NCBI GenBank assembly: GCA_044892505.1
Contig: CM097882.1
Coordinates: 309,132,001-309,196,000, forward strand
DNA from: Schmidtea nova
Lineage: Eukaryota
Reading direction: 5' to 3'
DNA: 64,000 bases
Part shown: one piece after another, positions 58,661 through 64,000 of the stretch
Layout of the letters: each line of letters opens with the position of its first letter
Position numbering within the stretch: the stretch's first letter is position 1
Program-made: the position numbers and the translations under genes
The notes under the pieces: model-generated
What the model saw: the letters and a program-made list of their open reading frames with translations, nothing else
Databases searched by the model: none
What the model was told of the DNA's origin: nothing

Positions 58661-61600
58661 TCACATTCCCCTCTTTTTAAAAAACTTTAGCCATGCGATG
58701 TTTCGTATTACATTCTTCCCATTTTGCATTTTTACTTCAAAACTTCTATCGTGTCTTTGGTTAATAATTTCACCCGGACCTTCGTATCTATCGTCATCTT
58801 TATTTCGAATATCCTTTTTTATTAGTACTATATCTCCTATATTAAACCTTCTGATATTTGTATGGTTTTCTTTAAATCTTTTTGTTGGATCTACACCGCT
58901 CCATTCTAACATTATCTTTTTACCGAAAACCATCTCAGCCGGTGTTTTACTAATCGTTTTCTGATACGTTGAATTTAACATGAATTCCACTTCTGGGAGT
59001 ACTTCTACCCAACTTTTATGTAATTTATCTTTTAAAGTTATGTGAAGTACATCACGTATCGTCCTGAACTGACGTTCAATCTGTCCATTTGCAGCATGAT
59101 GATATGGACTTGAAAAATTCATCCTTGATTTATATCTTTGACACAATTCTTTTATCATTGAACTTTCAAAAGATTTGCCTCTGTCTGTATTGATTATTCT
59201 AGGTGCTCCATACTTTAATATCCATTGATTTAATATTGATGCTGTTGTTTTTTCATCTTGAGAATTAGTGGCATGTAATGAAACATATTTGCTATATTGA
59301 TCAATTATTGCTAATATATATTTCTTGTTGTATATATTGTTCCCGAAAGGTCCACAATAGTCTATAAAGATTGACTCAAATAATTCAACTTTCTCTGGGG
59401 TTTTTATATCTTCCTTAGTTCTCTCAGTAACAACTTTTCTCCTTTGACAATTTTCCCAGCTTTGAATTACCTCTTTTATTATATTCGACATATCTTTCAT
59501 TGCAAAGTTATTTTCTATGTATTTAATTACTTTATTATATCCCGCATGACATAATCTTTTGTGATAATTCAAAATAAATTCTTCTCTTTTGTTTTCTGGT
59601 ATCCATATTTTATCATTACCAGTTTTCACAATTCCATTTTCTGTGAAAAATTTGAAATTCCCGATTTTACTTATTTTACCATTTAGTATATCTGTTATCT
59701 CGATTGACTGGTTTTGCCATACGTTTTCACTGTCCTCGACCATCATCGAAAGTATTCTCGTCTTAAGTTTCCCTATTTTTGGATCCCCATGTATCATTTG
59801 GCATTGTATACATGTTGTACATTCACTTCTTGACATGGCATCCGCATTTGTGTGAATATCGCCCTTTCTGTACTGTAAATCAATATCCAGACTGCTTAAA
59901 TAATTTATCCACGTTTGAAATTGTGGGGTTGATGGTTTTTTGGTTTTCATCATGAACGTTATTGCTTTGTGATCTGTTCTTAATTTAAATCGTTTACCAT
60001 ATAAATAATGCTTAAAATGATTCGTAAAATAATAAATGGCAAGCAATTCTTTCCTCGTTATACAATATCCAATTTCATGTTTACTCATTGCATGTGAACC
60101 ATACGCTACTACTTTTTCTTTACCATTTTCTTGCTTTTGGGAGAGGACGGCACCAATTCTATCAAAACTTGCATCTGTATCCAATATAAATGTCTTTTGG
60201 AAATCTGGATATGCCAGTACGGCCGTTGTACTCAGTTTATCTTTTAAATTTTTAAAACTTTCTTCACAATCTTCTGTCCATATTAGTTTCTTTTGATTGC
60301 TTCCATAAAGACCTTCTAAGACTCTTGCATGTTTGGTATAATCGTGAATGAATTTCCTGTAATAATTGGCTAGTCCCAAGAAACTTCTTAATTTTTTTAA
60401 GCATTTCGGTCTATCAAATTCTTTAATTGCCTTAATTTTATTAGGATCCGTTTGAATGCCTTCTTCATTTATTATATGCCCCACAAATTTAATTTCTTTT
60501 CTTTTAAAATAGCACTTTTCTGGGCTGATTTTTAATCCCGCTTTTTTAATCTTCAGAAATACTTTTTCTATCGATCTATAATGCTCATCTAATGTTTTTG
60601 AGAAAATCAGAATATCATCTAAGTATACTACCGCTTCTATCCAATTCAATTCTCCTAATACTCTATTCATGAGTTTCTGAAATGTTCCTGGTGCTGCTGC
60701 AATTCCGAAAGGCATTCTATTAAAACAATATTGCTTATTTTTAGTTGAAAATGCCGTTTTAATTTTAGACTCTTCTTCTAGTTCAACTTGATAATATGCA
60801 TTTCCCAGATCGATTGTTGAAAAATACTTTGATCCATTCAAAACATCTAGTAATTCATTCATGTTTGGCATTGGGAATACCGGTCTTTCTGCTACGTTAT
60901 TTAGCGCTCTAAAGTCTAAGCATATTCTAATATCATCTTTCCCTTTTTTCTTTACACATACTAATGGTGTATTCCATGGTGATTCACATTCCTTGATAAT
61001 GCCAAACCTTTCCATTTCTTTTATTTGTTCATCGATTTTATCCAGTAGATGAGCCGGTTGTCTTCTTGGATTGAGTGCTATAGGTTTGCTAGCAGTAATT
61101 ATTTCGTGTTTCATTAAGTCAGTTTTCCCCACATCCCATTTGTGTTTCATAAAAACATTGTCGTATTTGTTTATTAGGTTATTAATTACCATATCTTCAA
61201 CTTTCCTTTCAATAAATCCTTCTTCTATGAAATTCACAGACAATTTCGATAACTTTGTCGAACGAATCAGACTATCATTTATACAATCATCGATATTCAA
61301 CCGGATACCAAATGCATCCAGGAAGTTCATTCCACCAATTAGTTGAGGTCTAATTTCATCCGCTATATAAAATTGTATATCTTTACTTTCTTTTATTCCT
61401 TGAATTTTAATGTTTATCATAATAGTTCCAACAATATTAAGGGGACTGTCATTTGCACATTTTACTTTCATATTACTCTTTTTGACATTATTCATATAAC
61501 ATTTCTCAATCATATTGCGGTCTATGACGCTGATTTTTGCTCCTGTGTCAAGCAAACATCTTAAACATCTGCCATTCATAGTAATATCAACGCTCGGTCT

Positions 61601-62050
61601 GCCTCCCATAGCATCATATCTGATAATTGAATCCCTGTCATTCATCAAACACATACTTGAATCAATTGTTAGTAATCTTTCTTCACTACTACTTCCACTT
61701 GCATCATAGTGGCTGTTAATTTCATTTATTAAACTTATACATTCGCTATTTTGAAAGTTATATTCAGATATACTATTTCTATTTAATTTACAAATATTAT
61801 TTATATTATCATTTATTAAACTTATACATTTGCTATTTTGAAAGTTATATTCAGATATATTATTTCTATTTAATTCACAAATATTATTTATATTAAAAAA
61901 ATTATTATTTAAATATTTACTATTAAAATGACAAGAATCAAACATACAATCACAATCATTCGCATACATACAGTTTCTGTCAAGAATATTACATACTTTT
62001 AGTCCTGTGCTTTTGTGCTCTCCTCCATCACAAAAGCTTTGGCATTTGGG
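58661..62050 (-). CDS. pol: Gypsy pol (PR, RT, RNase H, integrase), reached by a -1 frameshift
   Basis: LLDTGA, SPWNTP, CLDFRALN, YLDD, LDTDAS, TDHKA, HAG..C, IDYCGPF, TDRGKSF, NGQIER; the stop lies inside the 3' LTR. Confidence 0.95.
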   Translation of the reverse strand, partial: PKCQSFCDGGEHKSTGLKVCNILDRNCMYANDCDCMFDSCHFNSKYLNNNFFNINNICELNRNNISEYNFQNSKCISLINDNINNICKLNRNSISEYNFQNSECISLINEINSHYDASGSSSEERLLTIDSSMCLMNDRDSIIRYDAMGGRPSVDITMNGRCLRCLLDTGAKISVIDRNMIEKCYMNNVKKSNMKVKCANDSPLNIVGTIMINIKIQGIKESKDIQFYIADEIRPQLIGGMNFLDAFGIRLNIDDCINDSLIRSTKLSKLSVNFIEEGFIERKVEDMVINNLINKYDNVFMKHKWDVGKTDLMKHEIITASKPIALNPRRQPAHLLDKIDEQIKEMERFGIIKECESPWNTPLVCVKKKGKDDIRICLDFRALNNVAERPVFPMPNMNELLDVLNGSKYFSTIDLGNAYYQVELEEESKIKTAFSTKNKQYCFNRMPFGIAAAPGTFQKLMNRVLGELNWIEAVVYLDDILIFSKTLDEHYRSIEKVFLKIKKAGLKISPEKCYFKRKEIKFVGHIINEEGIQTDPNKIKAIKEFDRPKCLKKLRSFLGLANYYRKFIHDYTKHARVLEGLYGSNQKKLIWTEDCEESFKNLKDKLSTTAVLAYPDFQKTFILDTDASFDRIGAVLSQKQENGKEKVVAYGSHAMSKHEIGYCITRKELLAIYYFTNHFKHYLYGKRFKLRTDHKAITFMMKTKKPSTPQFQTWINYLSSLDIDLQYRKGDIHTNADAMSRSECTTCIQCQMIHGDPKIGKLKTRILSMMVEDSENVWQNQSIEITDILNGKISKIGNFKFFTENGIVKTGNDKIWIPENKREEFILNYHKRLCHAGYNKVIKYIENNFAMKDMSNIIKEVIQSWENCQRRKVVTERTKEDIKTPEKVELFESIFIDYCGPFGNNIYNKKYILAIIDQYSKYVSLHATNSQDEKTTASILNQWILKYGAPRIINTDRGKSFESSMIKELCQRYKSRMNFSSPYHHAANGQIERQFRTIRDVLHITLKDKLHKSWVEVLPEVEFMLNSTYQKTISKTPAEMVFGKKIMLEWSGVDPTKRFKENHTNIRRFNIGDIVLIKKDIRNKDDDRYEGPGEIINQRHDRSFEVKMQNGKNVIRNIAWLKFFKKRGM

Positions 62051-63108
62051 GTCGGTATCTGGTCCTCGTAGTTGTCATCCACATAGTCTTCTTCCATACC
62101 GGCAACCTGTCCTCTGGATCTGTAGTTATTCATTGCAAAACATTGATGTTTGAAATGTCCTTGTTTATGGCACTGTGTACATTGTACATTTGGACATTCG
62201 TGCCTTCTATGGCCCCATTCTCTGCATGCCCAGCACTGGTATTTTCTCGGTTGGCCAGCTTCCTCATCTTTATATTGTTTTCTTTTCTGGTCGTTGCTAT
62301 ATCTGTTGTAGTTATATCCTTTATATTGATTATCTTGTACCCGATTTCCTTGGCGTAAACCATTTGTCCTTGGGTAAAAACTTTGCTTATTACCCTCCCA
62401 GCGTTTAACTTCATGTCGAATGACGTTTTGATTTGAAAAATTACTTCTTGCACCAGGCAATTTGTTTTCCATATTCTGAATTTTAACGGTATCAGCAAAT
62501 GTTCTCCTTGAAATCACTGCAATTGGTCTGTAAGTTTCGTTTAACTCGTCTTTAATCTTTTCTAATTTCTCCATTCTCGCTTTTATTTCTCCGATAGGCT
62601 TTATGTCTTGGATTTTGAGATCGTATTTCATCTCCTTATCATCCAATGTGTGGAACAGTAGAAACTTCATTAACGTATCTTTATCCATCTTATGTTTGAG
62701 GATACCATCTGTTAATTTTTCAAGCTTCCTCCAATAATCGTTAACTCTATCTTCTCCTTTCGTATAATTCAGAGCTTCTTGTAGATCTTCGATTAACGTT
62801 GATGGTTTCGAAAACGCCCTAATAAGTTTTTCTTTGTATCCCATTTCTGATGTTATCTCATCATATAGTTCGATGGCTTTTCCGGATAAAAATGCTCTCA
62901 CAAAGTTATTTCTTAATCTGCCTTCGATATTTAATATCTCGAAGAAACGTTCGATGTCTGCTATGAACTTGTGGATATCTTGGCCCATTTCAAAATGTTT
63001 CGGTTGTTCGACAAAATTTGCCAAAAGCGTGGTCGCCATGTTAGTATCTTCTTTTCCCGAACTTCGGGTATTAATTGTGTCCATCATTAAATAATTAATT
63101 AATTTCAC
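61999..63108 (-). CDS. gag: Gypsy gag with two CCHC knuckles
   Basis: CWACREWGHRRHEC and CTQCHKQGHFKHQC; the ORF opens inside the 5' LTR. Confidence 0.9.
   Translation of the reverse strand: MKLINYLMMDTINTRSSGKEDTNMATTLLANFVEQPKHFEMGQDIHKFIADIERFFEILNIEGRLRNNFVRAFLSGKAIELYDEITSEMGYKEKLIRAFSKPSTLIEDLQEALNYTKGEDRVNDYWRKLEKLTDGILKHKMDKDTLMKFLLFHTLDDKEMKYDLKIQDIKPIGEIKARMEKLEKIKDELNETYRPIAVISRRTFADTVKIQNMENKLPGARSNFSNQNVIRHEVKRWEGNKQSFYPRTNGLRQGNRVQDNQYKGYNYNRYSNDQKRKQYKDEEAGQPRKYQCWACREWGHRRHECPNVQCTQCHKQGHFKHQCFAMNNYRSRGQVAGMEEDYVDDNYEDQIPTPNAKAFVMEESTKAQD
62009..62050 (-). promoter_or_regulatory. -1 ribosomal frameshift signal (C CCA AAU plus 9-bp stem-loop)
   Basis: ACC CCA AAT in gag frame, 6-nt spacer, GCTTTTGTG/CACAAAAGC stem; the -1 frame is open into pol. 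Confidence 0.85.
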
Positions 63109-64000
63109 AAAATTTCAAAAGTATTTTTTACAACAATTATTAAAACAACGCTAGGAGATTCCAATAAATATGTAATTTTTCTTGACAGAATTTTCATACA
63201 GAACATTCATACATACATTCAACATACGATTTTTAATTAATTTCAGCAATATTTTAATAAACCTATATATTTAATAAAAACTTTAATAAGACTTTTTTAT
63301 AGTACATTTTAAATTTAATTTTAAACATTCTAATTATTAAAATCTTTAATGAATCATTTTTATTTTAAACGAGATGTTTTCTTTGCAAAATACTTTTTTA
63401 TTAAAATAATTTTATAAAAATCTTTTGAGTATTTTTAAACATCTCACATGGCGACGGCAGCGACAAAATTCTCAAAGAAATTAAAACTGTGTTAAAAAAA
63501 TTTATTATGTTTTTTCGACTTTCATTTGGATATCTAAATTTTAAATTAATTTTCACATTATGGAAACCAAGTTCCGGGTGCCTTTTTCTCGTCCCTATCG
63601 GTGGAGAACACATAAAAGAAAATCTATATGGGTGCTTTGCAAAAATTCCAGGATTTTAATTGGTTAGCCCCTATTATGTAATTTTTGATTTCCATATCAC
63701 AAATATTGATTTTAGGGAATCTAATTTTAGAAGGAGATTTCCCTCAATTTTGATTTTTTCAAGTTAGTAAGTTAATTTTGAATTTTGTGTCTTCAATTAC
63801 CATTTTCTCCTTTTAAGTTAACTGATTATTGCATATGGTATTATTATGGATGGAATTCATGAGTGTTATAAATGTATTGTTTTGCAAATAGGGGTGTATT
63901 ATACCTTTTGTGATACCGTGGGTTTTGTTTATAATTAATAAATTACACAAATATAAAATTAAATTTTTACAATAAAATAATAATTTTATTATCTATAAAT

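Larger units (their letters stand above)
58254..63448 (-). mobile_element. Gypsy/Ty3 LTR retrotransposon 2, near intact
   Basis: LTRs at 58254-58665 and 63039-63448 (differ by a 2-bp indel by eye); PBS TGGCGACCACG (63028-63038); PPT AAAAAGAGGGGAA (58666-58678). Flanks do not form a TSD. Confidence 0.97.

Overview
Very AT-rich eukaryotic (probably invertebrate) genomic DNA that is almost entirely nested mobile DNA. The centrepiece is a ~15.3 kb full-length Maverick/Polinton (22212-37517; AGTAGAGTAG termini, TIRs of at least ~500 bp, 6-bp TSD GATGAT). It encodes pPolB, cysteine protease, major capsid, two tandem minor capsids, integrase, packaging ATPase and several accessory ORFs. Two features stand out: it carries a TATA-binding-protein (TBP)-like gene, and several of its genes are split by 41-49 nt GT-AG introns, some conserved in decayed relatives in the same window. 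It is inserted into the pPolB tail of an older Maverick. Decayed Maverick remnants occupy ~2.0-7.5 kb, 17-22 kb, 38.8-41.9 kb and 51.4-55.0 kb, and there is a 120-bp Maverick-like MITE. Also present: two near-intact Gypsy LTR retrotransposons with clear -1 frameshift cassettes (one with an unusual gag-protease / RT-RH-IN split), several solo LTR or TG...CA elements with TSDs, two hAT transposons, a hAT MITE, pogo/Tigger, mariner and Tc1 elements, and Helitron-like ends. One clear host gene is present (4-exon ODF3/SHIPPO-repeat gene, 45886-46782). N-runs appear to be masked tandem repeats. All protein calls are by motif recognition only; no searches were run.
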